A program made the position numbers and the translations under genes. From Amoebidium appalachense (lineage: Eukaryota > Protista > Ichthyosporea): a stretch of 64,000 bases of DNA. The notes under the pieces are model-generated. The model did no database searches. It was not told the origin of the DNA and saw only the letters and a program-made list of their open reading frames with translations. Shown here one piece after another: positions 10,700 to 20,452 of this stretch (position 1 is the stretch's first letter; each line of letters begins with the position of its first letter). Location: assembly GCA_963693365.1 (NCBI GenBank), contig CAVNZM010000011.1, positions 3,886,335 to 3,950,334 of the forward strand, written 5' to 3'.

Positions 10700-11260
10700 A
10701 TGGAGTTCCGTTGCGACTCGCAAGGCGATGCTTCAACAGAACGTGGACGGTACGCATGTACCCAATGCCCCCAAACCTTTACATCAAAATCGAATCTTGC
10801 CCGACACTGCAGCGCGCACGCCGGCGAGCACCGGTACTCCTGTCCACACCCTGGTTGTTTTGCCACGTTTGCCCGCAGCGACCATGTGGGCGTGCACCTC
10901 AGGGCCCACACCGGGGAACGTCCCTACGTGTGTGAAACCTGCTCCGCTACCTTCAAGTACAATTCGACGCTGTGGAACCATCGGCGCACGGTGCACCAGG
11001 GGCACAAGGTGCAGCGCAAGCCCATGTCCGGCCGCTTTAGATGCCCCGCGGCCGACTGCGAGGCCTCGTTTGCCTGGTCGACCGCGCTGAACCGTCACAT
11101 CGAGTCCGAGCATCCAGGGTTGGCGGGTATAAAAGGCCGTGCCAGACAAAGGGGTCGTCAGATATTTTCTAATCCCATATCAAAGCAATATGGAAGCGAT
11201 CTACTCCATGATGGACTTGGACTTGCAGGAGAACGAGCGCCACCAACGCATGGCGTTTGA
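10700..11260 (+). CDS. C2H2 zinc-finger protein (3 tandem fingers plus 1 spaced finger)
   Basis: CTQC..F....L..H...H, CPHPGC...H...H, HTGERPY linker, CETC...H....H, CPAADC...H....H. Possibly fused to the helicase by a frameshift. Confidence 0.85.
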   Translation: MEFRCDSQGDASTERGRYACTQCPQTFTSKSNLARHCSAHAGEHRYSCPHPGCFATFARSDHVGVHLRAHTGERPYVCETCSATFKYNSTLWNHRRTVHQGHKVQRKPMSGRFRCPAADCEASFAWSTALNRHIESEHPGLAGIKGRARQRGRQIFSNPISKQYGSDLLHDGLGLAGERAPPTHGV

Positions 11261-12691
11261 AGAGTTCGAGAGGCTGACGGGCATTCGCAACAACTGGTTG
11301 CCTCCTGAAGTCGTTGGCAGGAAGGTGTGGACCATGAAGCAGGTGTACACGTTCTGCCGCGGACTCGTTGCCTTCTCGGCGCCGGACAACGTGTACATCT
11401 ACAAGCGCTTCAAGGACGGGAGGTTTGTCCACCAGATCAAGACCAAGGAGAAGGTCATCGACATATTGTCGAAGTTCAAATTCAAGTACATCGTGAACAT
11501 CGACGGAAAGGACTCCGTGAAAACCTACAAGGGCTCCTGCTACCTTGAAGACCCAGACGGGATCCTAGTGTATGCAGGTGGAATCATCTTCGACCCCAGC
11601 GACCCCGATCCCAAAACCGGCGCCCGTAACCCGTTCTACACCGACTGTGTCAACCGAGCCTTCAACAGCTTCCCTGGTTTCAAGTTCGTCTATCAGCCGA
11701 CGTTCGTGGTGGACGAGTCGTTACTCAGTGCATTCCAAAACCACGCGAAGGAAATCATTTGTGCCGGCGACGAAAGACTGTACCGATACGTCATTGAGTG
11801 GCTCGCTCACATGTTCCAGTATCCTGCGCGAAAGCCGGAATCCGCGTGGCTCATGCGCAGCGTCGAAGGGACGGGCAAGAACGTTTTCATGCGCATCATC
11901 CAAAACGTTCTTGGGGACGACCTGGTTGGTGTCGTCGAGACCGAGGACCGTCTTGCCACACGCTTCAACAGCGGTATCACGTTCAAGTTGCTGGTTGTGT
12001 GCAATGAGGTCACCTACGGAAAGAGCCACCGCACCCCAAACCACCTCAAGACTCTCATCACGGACGACACCATGACCTACGAGTCCAAGGGAATCGACGC
12101 AGTGAAGGTGAAATCGTGTGAACGCTGGGTACTCATGTCAAACGAGCAGCATCCGATCCCTGTGAGCCGCACTGACCGGCGCTATGCCTGCATGGAGGTG
12201 TCCGACAAGCGGGTTGGCGATGAGAGATATTTCCGTGGCCTTGTCGAAAAGTACCAACCCGGAGCACCGGCCCTGGAGCACATTTACCATTGGCTTATGC
12301 GCACCCCGATCTCCGATCCGACTAGGGTACCACCCCCCATGACCACCCTCAAGCGCGAGCTGCAAGACCTCAGCGGGCCTATGGAGCTGCAGTTCCTCGG
12401 CTGCGCGATCTCATGAATCGCGAGAATGGATGTGAGAACGCGCCCGTGTTCGAGGACAAGGCCCGCGTCGTTCCAACGGCGCTGTTCGGCCTCTACCAGG
12501 CATGGTTCGACCTCAACACCTCCGACAAGTCCAAGAGGCCCGTGCAACGTGACTTCGGTATTGCCGTGACTGCCATCCTTGGCAAAATCAAGAGCACCCG
12601 GGCTTCCGCCGTGGCGTACGGCGCGGAAACATGCTTCCCCTCGACGGTTCTGAGATGCTACACACTGGACCGCAAGGCCATCGGGGTGTAG
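11139..12691 (+). CDS. D5-like / primase-associated SF3 helicase with C-terminal winged-helix-like domain; frameshift at about 12413
   Basis: Walker A SVEGTGKN, Walker B LLVVCNE, LKTLIT, motif C VLMSN, DRRY arginine finger. ORF 12413..12691 (LFGLYQAWF...RDFGIAV) supplies the usual C-terminal domain in another frame. Confidence 0.85.
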
Positions 12692-12931
12692 CATGTGCTG
12701 TAGAAACTGCTACGTTTGTAGCAAGAGAACGGACCAATCAAATCGCTCCATTTTTTTGGTTGTATCATCTGTAGCAAGAACTTCTCTATTGTATCAAGTG
12801 TAGAAAGAACTTATGAATCGCTGGAGAAATTTGCGTAAAGGCTTTTGATTGGCTGTGGGGTTGTGGGGGAGTACGGGTTGGGTACGACGTCGGTAGAAGC
12901 TGCTACATGTTGATACACATCAGGTGCTACA
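12687..12931. promoter_or_regulatory. Iteron-like array, candidate replication origin
   Basis: TGTAGCA/TGTATCA/TGTAGAA at 12687, 12699, 12717, 12761, 12770, 12790 and 12799; inverted copies TGCTACA/TGATACA at 12901, 12911 and 12925. Confidence 0.55.
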
Positions 12932-13035
12932 CCAACGCAAGACAATAAACGGCGACCTCGATGCCGTACAACGGAGTGACGCGTCGGTAAATCGACGCAC
13001 ACACCATAATGACCCGTGTCGCAGGAATACGCCAC

Positions 13036-13192
13036 TCGTGTGCCACGCGTGGCCCGTGTGCCTCGTGTGCCTCCTGTGCCTCCTGTGCCTCGCGCGCCTC
13101 GTGTGCCTCCTGTGCCTCGCGCGGCTCGTGTGCCTCGTGTGCCTCGTGTGCCTCGTGTGCCCCGGGCGGGGGGGGTGTGTGGGAGGGTGTGT
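13036..13192. repeat. 9-bp tandem repeat (TGCCTCGTG/TGCCTCCTG) ending in CCCGGGCGGG..GTGTGT
   Basis: Directly visible; related units at about 10420-10460, 10565-10610, 36975-37165 and 38695-38750. Confidence 0.85.
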
Positions 13193-13214
13193 AAGTTGCT
13201 ATCTTGGCTTCTAT

Positions 13215-13928
13215 TCAATACTCGTCACTCGTTACTGGTGGAAGGCCGCGTATTGCTGAGATTGAAAACATGTAGGCACGGGATTGTTTGGATCCAGCCC
13301 CGACACTTACCGTGTCGCCCCTTGGCACATGCTGTAGCTCTCCAAATACTCTGGTTAACATCGAACCCAATCTCTTGATTCTGACCACATGCCTGCTGTC
13401 CATCATGTTAGCGTCTGCCCACACCCTCATGAGCTCAGCCAAACCTGTTGTTGTAACCCAAGCTCCATCCTTGAGCTTGAGCTTAAAGCTCTCGGTCCCA
13501 TATCCGCCCGCGGCGATGTCCCTCAGAAAACGCATTTCAATTGGCTCGGATGGTGTATGGCGCTTCTCTGTGGCTGTACTACCACTATTCGGCTTGGTTG
13601 CAACGGGGGTTGCCCAAATCAGTCGGAGCGTGTCGGGCTCCACCGTCACAAACACCCCAAGAGACTCCATGGTCTCGACGGCAATCCTATAAACCTCGAT
13701 CGACGCGTAACCAAACAGGTGCACACGAGCCTGTCGATCAGGGTAGAAGCGTTGGTACGCCTGCACCTGTCCGAGCGCCGCCTTCCACTGCGCCACACGC
13801 TTGACCTCGATGACTTGCGTGTCCGTCAGTAGGTCGATCCGGCCGGCCGGTGTCAGCACCTCGCACCGTCCGCCCTCTGTCTGGGCCAGTCGATCCCTGA
13901 CCCATGCCTCGTCGTACGTTGCCATCAT
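13215..13928 (-). CDS. PD-(D/E)xK restriction-endonuclease-like domain fused to a winged-helix-like domain
   Basis: EVLTPAGRIDLLTDTQVIEVK...WKAALGQVQAY is the nuclease motif often fused to KilA-N/Bro domains in large DNA viruses. The C-terminal half resembles the neighbouring helicase C-terminus. Confidence 0.75.
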   Translation of the reverse strand: MMATYDEAWVRDRLAQTEGGRCEVLTPAGRIDLLTDTQVIEVKRVAQWKAALGQVQAYQRFYPDRQARVHLFGYASIEVYRIAVETMESLGVFVTVEPDTLRLIWATPVATKPNSGSTATEKRHTPSEPIEMRFLRDIAAGGYGTESFKLKLKDGAWVTTTGLAELMRVWADANMMDSRHVVRIKRLGSMLTRVFGELQHVPRGDTVSVGAGSKQSRAYMFSISAIRGLPPVTSDEY

Positions 13929-14104
13929 TTACTGGCAGACAAAAAAACAACCCCATCCCCACCGTCTGTTGTACCCGGGACCCGGCGGGTGTTTTGATAA
14001 AGCGCGGTCCTCTTTTCTGTCGGTCTCAACTCACCGCGCGAACCAGTCGGTGATGGCGGCGAGCGCCACGGTCACGCCCTGCAGCAGCGGGTCCTCGGAG
14101 AGCA

Positions 14105-14401
14105 GTGCGTCGGCCATGGTCCTGGGCGGGCCGCATGAAGCAGGCCGGGACGTGGCACGTGGGACCGAACAAGCGCCTGCTCTTCGCGCTGCCCGTGCCG
14201 TCCGAGCAGCTGGCGCTTGCAGAGAAGTGCCTGCACACAGCACTCAAACACAAGAACGTTGAGCGCGAGCTGTTCCGTGTGGACTTTGTCACTTTTGCAG
14301 GAGCCATGCTGGAGATGGCAAGGGAACATATGGAGGACGACTTGACAAGGGACCTGGTTGTCAGTGTGTTCAAGAAAGCCAGCCACGAAGCGACTTCCTA
14401 A
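14105..14401 (+). pseudogene. Fragment of a T5orf172 (GIY-YIG-like) domain protein
   Basis: RMKQAGTW...AEKCLHTALKHKNVERELF matches the R..Q..T / E..LH..L / E.F pattern; the N-terminal YI...KIG part is not seen. Confidence 0.5.
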
Positions 14402-14479
14402 AACACCACGAAAGCGCACACGCGCCAGCGAGGGCATAAAAGGAGCAACACACACACAAACCGGTCAGTCTCGCACACC

Positions 14480-15365
14480 ATGGCTGCCGAACAGAACTCA
14501 ACAGTCGACATGTCGCTTCTTTCCAAGGACTTCCCGCAGTTCAAGGACGCCATCGTGCGTGTAGACAACGATACCCAGATGGCTAGCGTGCTGGACGTAG
14601 CCGGTCTGGTGTTGGGCACTGCAAACGCGGCTAAGTGTGCGTGGACAGACCTAAAGAAGTCCACAGACCCTGACACCCGAAAGTTGGTGTCTGAGGGACA
14701 CGAAGTCATCCGCATCAACGGAAAGGGCAAGCTCACTCCCGTGGCCCCCTTCAAGGTCCTCCTCGAGATCATCTTCCTGCTGCCCGGCAAGCGCGCTCAT
14801 GACTTCCGCAAGACCTGCGCCACCTACATCGCGCGCCTGATGGCCGGAGACCTGTCGCTGATCCCCGAGATCGTGGCGCGCTTCGACAGCAGCACGCCCG
14901 AGGAGCGCGACTTCTTCCGCAACGGCACCGACGAGACCCCCGAGCGCAAGCGGAAGCGTGAGGACCTGGAGCAGGAGCGCCGGCTGCGTCTGCGGCGCGA
15001 GGCCGCGGAGGTGCAGCGCCTCGAGATGGAGAACGTGCACATGTACCGCGGGCTGCTCGAGGAGTTCGGTCTGGAGCGGGACCCGCGCATGCGCATGCTG
15101 CTCAACGACGCGGTTGCCAACATCCTGGTGCCCGCGAGCGGTCCTAGGGCGGTGGAGGGGCCCGCGCTGACGGACTACGTAACGGTGGGCAAGTTTCTGC
15201 TAGACAACGGGATCAAGGACAAGACCAGCAGCACAGTGGGCCGCCACGTGGCCAAAAAGTGGCGAGAGGAGGAGGGAGGCGAGCCCGAAGAGACCATGAT
15301 GATGGTGCAGGGCGACATGCGCCCGGTTAAGGTCTACCCGGTTCGCTTCCTGGAGAAGCACGTGT

Positions 15366-15424
<59 letters not shown>

Positions 15425-15440
15425 GCGTCTTTGAATAAAC
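14480..15440 (+). CDS. Bro-N-like DNA-binding protein; 3' end blurred by a (CA)n microsatellite
   Basis: ASVLDV...GKGKLTPVA...IIFLLPGKRAHDFRK...RLMAGDLSLIPEI followed by a coiled coil. CATAAAA upstream. AATAAA at about 15434 suggests the true end precedes the computed stop at 15829. Confidence 0.65.
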
Positions 15441-15475
15441 CCTCCAGGCCACTCTTAGGTCTTTATTGGACATGT

Positions 15476-15949
15476 CTACTCGCGCGCGTGCACGTGGCAG
15501 TGGGTCGTGCCCTTCACCCTGTTCCTGCAGCGCCTGCCACGCTTGGTCGTGCCCTCGCAGTACTGTATTTCGACGCCCCCAGCCGCTGGTGTCGCGGGCG
15601 GCGAGTGTGGGGCGGGGGCGGCCGGGCCCGGGGTGGACGCGACGAGCGCGGGCACGCCGGCGCCGGCGGTGGCGGGCTGCTCCTGGAAAGCCAGGACGGC
15701 CCTGATGCCGGCGAGCAGTATGTTGGCCTGGGCGTAGTCCCGGGCCTTGCAGGCGTGGTAGATGTTGATGGTGCCGTCGCTGTAGAGGAGCACGCCGGAC
15801 GCGGGGTGGAAGCACGTCCATGGCTTTGAGTTGCGGTGCGCTGAACACTTGCCCCCTGTTTTGTTTGCGCACTGTGCCAACGTCAAGCGCGCAAACGCAG
15901 GGCATCTCTCTGCGTCATCCGCATCGGGGCGCCGAAGTGTGTCCGTCAT
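15476..15949 (-). CDS. Small protein with a C-terminal C3H zinc-finger-like motif
   Basis: YCEGTTKRGRRCRNRVKGTTHCHVH plus a related N-terminal C...C...C..H motif. TATAAAA (about 16024-16030) and three CCAAT boxes upstream; AATAAA downstream. Confidence 0.7.
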   Translation of the reverse strand: MTDTLRRPDADDAERCPAFARLTLAQCANKTGGKCSAHRNSKPWTCFHPASGVLLYSDGTINIYHACKARDYAQANILLAGIRAVLAFQEQPATAGAGVPALVASTPGPAAPAPHSPPATPAAGGVEIQYCEGTTKRGRRCRNRVKGTTHCHVHARE

Positions 15950-16147
15950 TTTGGGGTGTGTTTTGGTGTGCACTGTTGCTGGCAGCTGTGTTGAAATGAA
16001 ATGGGTGGTGAAGAGGGTGTGCATTTTATACCCCCTCCTATCCAATAGAAAGCGCGCAATAGATCCAACAGATCCCGAGATCTTATCTACCAATCGCCTT
16101 GGGCTACAGCAGATCGCGGACCAATCAGATTCGGTCGCGATAACCCA

Positions 16148-16978
16148 TCAAAGCGCGTGCCCCACGTCCCCCGCGTTGCTCCAGGGGGTCGCGTTGGACA
16201 TTGCGGACGTGGGCCCGCTTTCCCACTGGAGCGTGCGGTTGCGGGCGTAGATGGCGTCGAATACGGCATCGCGCGCCGGCAGCCCCGTAAACACAAAAAT
16301 ATCGCGGACTTCCCTACAGACCTCCGTGAAAAAATGCTCGATCCAGCCCCAGTCTGCGAGCGCGGCGCCGAGGTCTTCGGCGTGCATGCCGCCGGGGCCC
16401 ATCGGCACAGGCGCCCCGTGTGTGACCCCGGTGCGGTAGGCGGCCTCGAGCAGGGTGGCGGGCGGGGCGGGGGGCGGGACGCTGACGAGGACCTCGAAAA
16501 GGAGCGCCGGCATCACCCAGTAGGGCCTTCGGGAGACCCCGGGTGGTGCCGAAACAACAGCGTCCAGTTCGTGCACGCCGCTTGCATTCCAAAAGATCCA
16601 GCCATCCCTGGTTAGTTTGGTGGTGTACAGGAGAGGCCAGTACGCGTCGTGGTTGGCCTCGTCTCCGTTGTCTTCGTCGCTATCGTCCACTTCGACGGCG
16701 TCGTCGGGTTTGAGGTCGAGTTCAAAGCAGAACGGGCTGATGGTTTTGTCGTAAGCAGGGTGGCTGTCGTCGTACTCGAAGTTGACGTTGCACCGCCTGC
16801 GTTCTATTTGCCGTACAACGATGCTCTTGACACTGGTTGTGCGCGTGGTTGACCTTGTAGGAACGGCCATTCGGGTGACCTTGAAATCCCAGTCCGCACT
16901 TTCTATGAACCCCATCAGCTCGTCCTCTGTGGTGATGCGCACCACATCCCAGCGCTCGGTCATAAGACTGTCGTGCAT
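16148..16978 (-). CDS. Hypothetical protein, paralog of 33169-34041
   Basis: Shared blocks RI.TEDEL, Y.TK.TRDGW.FWN, SR.PYWVMP.LLFE, AYR.G..HGAPV.M.PG, ARNRT, TPW.N.G.VGHAL. Confidence 0.8.
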   Translation of the reverse strand: MHDSLMTERWDVVRITTEDELMGFIESADWDFKVTRMAVPTRSTTRTTSVKSIVVRQIERRRCNVNFEYDDSHPAYDKTISPFCFELDLKPDDAVEVDDSDEDNGDEANHDAYWPLLYTTKLTRDGWIFWNASGVHELDAVVSAPPGVSRRPYWVMPALLFEVLVSVPPPAPPATLLEAAYRTGVTHGAPVPMGPGGMHAEDLGAALADWGWIEHFFTEVCREVRDIFVFTGLPARDAVFDAIYARNRTLQWESGPTSAMSNATPWSNAGDVGHAL

Positions 16979-17126
16979 AATAGATGGCCAGGGACCGGGC
17001 CGTGTTCACAGACCCCACCAAGCTGTCACCATCACACTTCCCAAAGCAAACATAACGGAAAAACGAGGGACCGTTCTCACTTCGCGGACTTACAGAGCAC
17101 TGGGCACATAGATACAGGCACAGTTG

Positions 17127-17223
17127 AACCTACCATCCTTTCCTAAACTTGCCAACACGAGCACGGGTCATGAAAGGAGCTAGGCTAGTGGCATGGTCAT
17201 GCAAGCTTACAAGAACCTTGGCC
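17127..17223 (+). repeat. About 100-bp dispersed intergenic repeat, copy 2
   Basis: Near-identical to about 2047-2144, same orientation. Confidence 0.85.
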
Positions 17224-17734
17224 TATACCGGCAGAGGCCCATGGTTGCCCACGGGCCGCATACAAGTGCACGTGGTTCCTTGGGCTTGGTTGTCGCCTCA
17301 TTCACCAAAAGCTTGGTAGGAAGGAGCCTATTTCTACACAAAGACCGCACCTTTCCGCCAATAGAGACCATCGGGGTCTTATAATCATATGCAATGACCA
17401 TGGCTAGACGACGGAAGACACACACCGAGCGCCAACGGCACAGACGCCCAGGTCCAAAACAAAAGCGAAAAAAGCGCCATAAAAAAGCGAGACACAGACA
17501 GAGACCAAGAAGAGACACACAAAACGGACAACGGTACAGGACGGCATGGAGGACCAGATATTATATTTGGTACCCACACAAAGTAACAGACACACACAGA
17601 CAGGCACGGTCATTTTCGACGAACACACAACCGATCTTAAAACCAAACGAACCCCAGAAAAGGTGTGGTTTCAATGTGGGGCCCGGTGAGGTAGGTGTTC
17701 CTTGTGCAAACATCCACGACGTAGAAGATCCCGA

Positions 17735-18010
17735 ATTTTGAGTCGCCGTTTTGAATGATTGGGCGTAAGGTGAGCCGCCGTTGATTGGGCGTAAGATGAG
17801 ACACGCCTAATTTTGAGTCGCCGTTTTGAATGATTGGGCGTAAGGTGAGTCGCCGTTTTGAATGATTGGGCGCAAGGTGAGTCGCCGTTTTGAATGATTG
17901 GGCGTAAGGTGAGCCGCCGTTGATTGGGCGTAAGATGAGACACGCCTAATTTTGAGTCGCCGTTCTGAATCATCCCGAATTTTGAGTCGCCGTTGTTGAT
18001 TGGGCGCAAA
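17735..18010. repeat. Composite tandem array of about 26-32-bp units containing GATTGG (CCAAT) boxes
   Basis: Repeated TGAGTCGCCGTTTTGAATGATTGGGCGTAAGG units and variants, upstream of TATAAA (about 18214) and ATG 18239. Confidence 0.9.
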
Positions 18011-18238
18011 TCATTATCAAATTTGATGCGAATTGAAGATGTAAACACTACAATCAAATTCGTCGTTTTTTTTCATTGGTTCCTGATAAAGTGAGCTCAT
18101 ACCACACACTAGGAATTCATGCGGATGGAGAGCAGCGATTGGTTACATCAGCACACATAACGCCATCATACACCAATCGTTTGCATTTGCTTATACGCAT
18201 CTGAATCAAATGGTATAAAGAGGAACGACGCATACCCA

Positions 18239-18695
18239 ATGCTTCATTATTCATCCATTCGACTACCAGAATACGTTTCTAGTTTTGCGAATCACGATGT
18301 CGAACTCCGGTTTCCGGAGTTTCTATGGTCTGCCCGCCACGCTTCCTGCGGAGCACAGAACAAGCTACATCAAGTGTATCACAGACGAAGTAAAGTCTTA
18401 TTATGGGTCGTTCGACGACAACCCGGACTTGGTTGTCGTGTAGTCGGCCATCGACGGGGCGGATGTCGATATGCTGAATAGCCATGCCGCTTTCTGCAAG
18501 GAGTGTGTCCAAGCCCTGATATCAGAGGTAGACTTCAGTCTACTGCGTCCAATGCGACACGTCCTGATGAGATTTTTATTGCGGAAGGAGGACGCCTCGC
18601 TTGTGTCACAACTCGCCCGACTTGTCTCGGTTGTCTCCGTGGTGGGTCTTATCACGGTTCCATACATGCAAGACGCCAATCACGCCATCTTCTAA
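18239..18695 (+). pseudogene. Probable frameshifted hypothetical gene
   Basis: Two overlapping short ORFs (18239..18481 and 18471..18695) behind a TATA/CCAAT promoter. Confidence 0.4.
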
Positions 18696-19453
18696 ATCGC
18701 CGACAAGTGTTGTACTTTGAATACCCCGAAGGTGCGCACAATCGCGGAATTGGCGAGACTCCCTCACGACGAACCCACACACGAGACAAAAAAACACACC
18801 GCTAACACTCCGACCACCCCACATCCCACTACCATCACCGCTTGACAGAGATCAAGGCACAGCCCACATACGTCTGGTGAACGCAATCGACGAGTTTGGA
18901 GGTCACCCACTTCATCTGCATATAGCATTCCCGCCGCCCTTTACAGACGCTCACATTGCGGGGGACGTGGATTGCACCCCATCGCCCCGAATTGGCCGTA
19001 TCACCAGCACCCCTTATTGCACTTGGAGTGCCTAGTTGGATGTCACTCGTATGCATGCGTCTATTAACCATTATGAGAAAGCGGAAGTAGTAGTCTTCCC
19101 CTTGGGGAACATTGTTTTGGGTTTTGATGTTAGATTTCTTTCCGGGTTTGACTGTGTAGGTTTCGCCGGTTGTTTTGCGCGTCCGACATGGCTCGGACTT
19201 GGCATATTCAAGGTTGGACGATTGGAGTAGGTACATGGGTATGTCTTGACCGTATGATTGGGGGTTCTTTGCCATCGCCCGCATCTCGCGTGGCAACAAT
19301 TCAATAAAGCTTGCTGGGCAAGGCATCTGCGGCGGCCACAACATGGCTGCATGTCCGTGAACAGAGTATACCCAGAGCGATCCACATGCGTGTACGCACA
19401 CCCCCTGCTTGTGGCACAATAAAATGCCCAGGTCTTGTTAGCCCCCACACGAT

Positions 19454-20050
19454 ATGCACATCCTTCATTCAGGTCGATACGTTAGCAAGCAACTGGCTCT
19501 GCTGAGCGAACCAACTGATTGGCCGCCCGATCTGGCAGACACCCAACAGACTGGCATGGCACTGCCATGGCAGAGGGATGACCCATACGTGTGCACCCGC
19601 GTTGGGGATCTGCGTATGTATTGGAAGGCTTTGCCGGATCACAACGTTGTCACGTTCACCGACGACAGGGCCGATGCCTCAGAATTTGTCTTCATACATT
19701 CACAGACCGGAGCCACGACCGCCGCGAAACACACACTACCGAGGCCAAGCCTCGCTAACGTAAGAATCAACACGCGTACACCTAACCACACAAATTGGTC
19801 ACCCGCTTCGCTACCCACTGCCCGTATCGAACTGGGAGTGGCCGCTTCGCTTGGCTTGGGCGGTTTACCAATCATCCCGATGCCCTCGTGGTTTGTCTAC
19901 ACGGACGACCTCGGCGTCCAATATGGATTTCGGGGTGTCAATGTTGCGATATGCATCGCGCGGTTCTGGCGCTTCAGGCTCTGTCTTGACATGTTCCCGT
20001 TCCCTGCCATAACGTTGTTTCTTGCCGTCTTGGACCTCCGCGGCGCCTAG
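19454..20050 (+). CDS. Hypothetical protein (uncertain)
   Basis: 198-aa ORF co-oriented with the downstream cluster; no motif recognised. Confidence 0.35.
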   Translation: MHILHSGRYVSKQLALLSEPTDWPPDLADTQQTGMALPWQRDDPYVCTRVGDLRMYWKALPDHNVVTFTDDRADASEFVFIHSQTGATTAAKHTLPRPSLANVRINTRTPNHTNWSPASLPTARIELGVAASLGLGGLPIIPMPSWFVYTDDLGVQYGFRGVNVAICIARFWRFRLCLDMFPFPAITLFLAVLDLRGA

Positions 20051-20058
20051 AATTTTAT

Positions 20059-20427
20059 ATGCTACAAGTAATGCTCAACAACCTCTACGCCGTCTTCGCC
20101 CTTGCCGTCGGGTCGTTCGCTGCTCCACAGTGCATATACCAAAGCACCGGCCCCGCGTCCAGTCTCGCAGCCACCGAGGCCGTCGCTGAAACCGCACCTG
20201 CGGTCTGGCCCCCCGGCATCCCCGCGCCGACAGACGATGAGGTCCCACTCGACTTCCCCGCCAGTGGCTCCGGGTCACAGATTTCCTCTGATGATGACGT
20301 CACCCCGTCCCCAGCCACCCCCACCACTACCCCCGAGACTTTGGTGTGGCCACCCAGCATGACGCCCGCACCTTCTGCCCCGGGACCCAAGGCCCGTTGG
20401 CAGTGCAACTGCACAGTCATGGACTGA
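20059..20427 (+). CDS. Small secreted Pro/Thr-rich protein
   Basis: Signal-peptide-like N-terminus (LYAVFALAVGSFA), two VWPP repeats, terminal WQCNC. Confidence 0.55.
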   Translation: MLQVMLNNLYAVFALAVGSFAAPQCIYQSTGPASSLAATEAVAETAPAVWPPGIPAPTDDEVPLDFPASGSGSQISSDDDVTPSPATPTTTPETLVWPPSMTPAPSAPGPKARWQCNCTVMD

Positions 20428-20452
20428 GCTTTTATGCTCACCCACCTGTAGG

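Noticed and set aside
12811-13378. RGT/VPR/CAS repeat proteins
   Set aside because: All frames are open simply because of the 9-bp tandem repeat; no coding evidence.
10087-15440. Classical transpoviron or Polinton
   Set aside because: No terminal inverted repeats, pPolB, integrase or SF1 helicase found; kept only as a replicon-like module hypothesis.
15370-15829. His-Thr repeat and long C-terminal extension of the Bro-N-like protein
   Set aside because: Produced by a (CA)n microsatellite; the extension runs antisense over a better-supported gene and past an AATAAA.
17671-18057. 128-aa repeat ORF
   Set aside because: Coincides with the CCAAT tandem array, which is better explained as regulatory or non-coding.
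18835-19419. 194-aa minus-strand ORF as a real gene
   Set aside because: No motif, non-ATG start, and no clear codon bias or promoter; cannot be supported.
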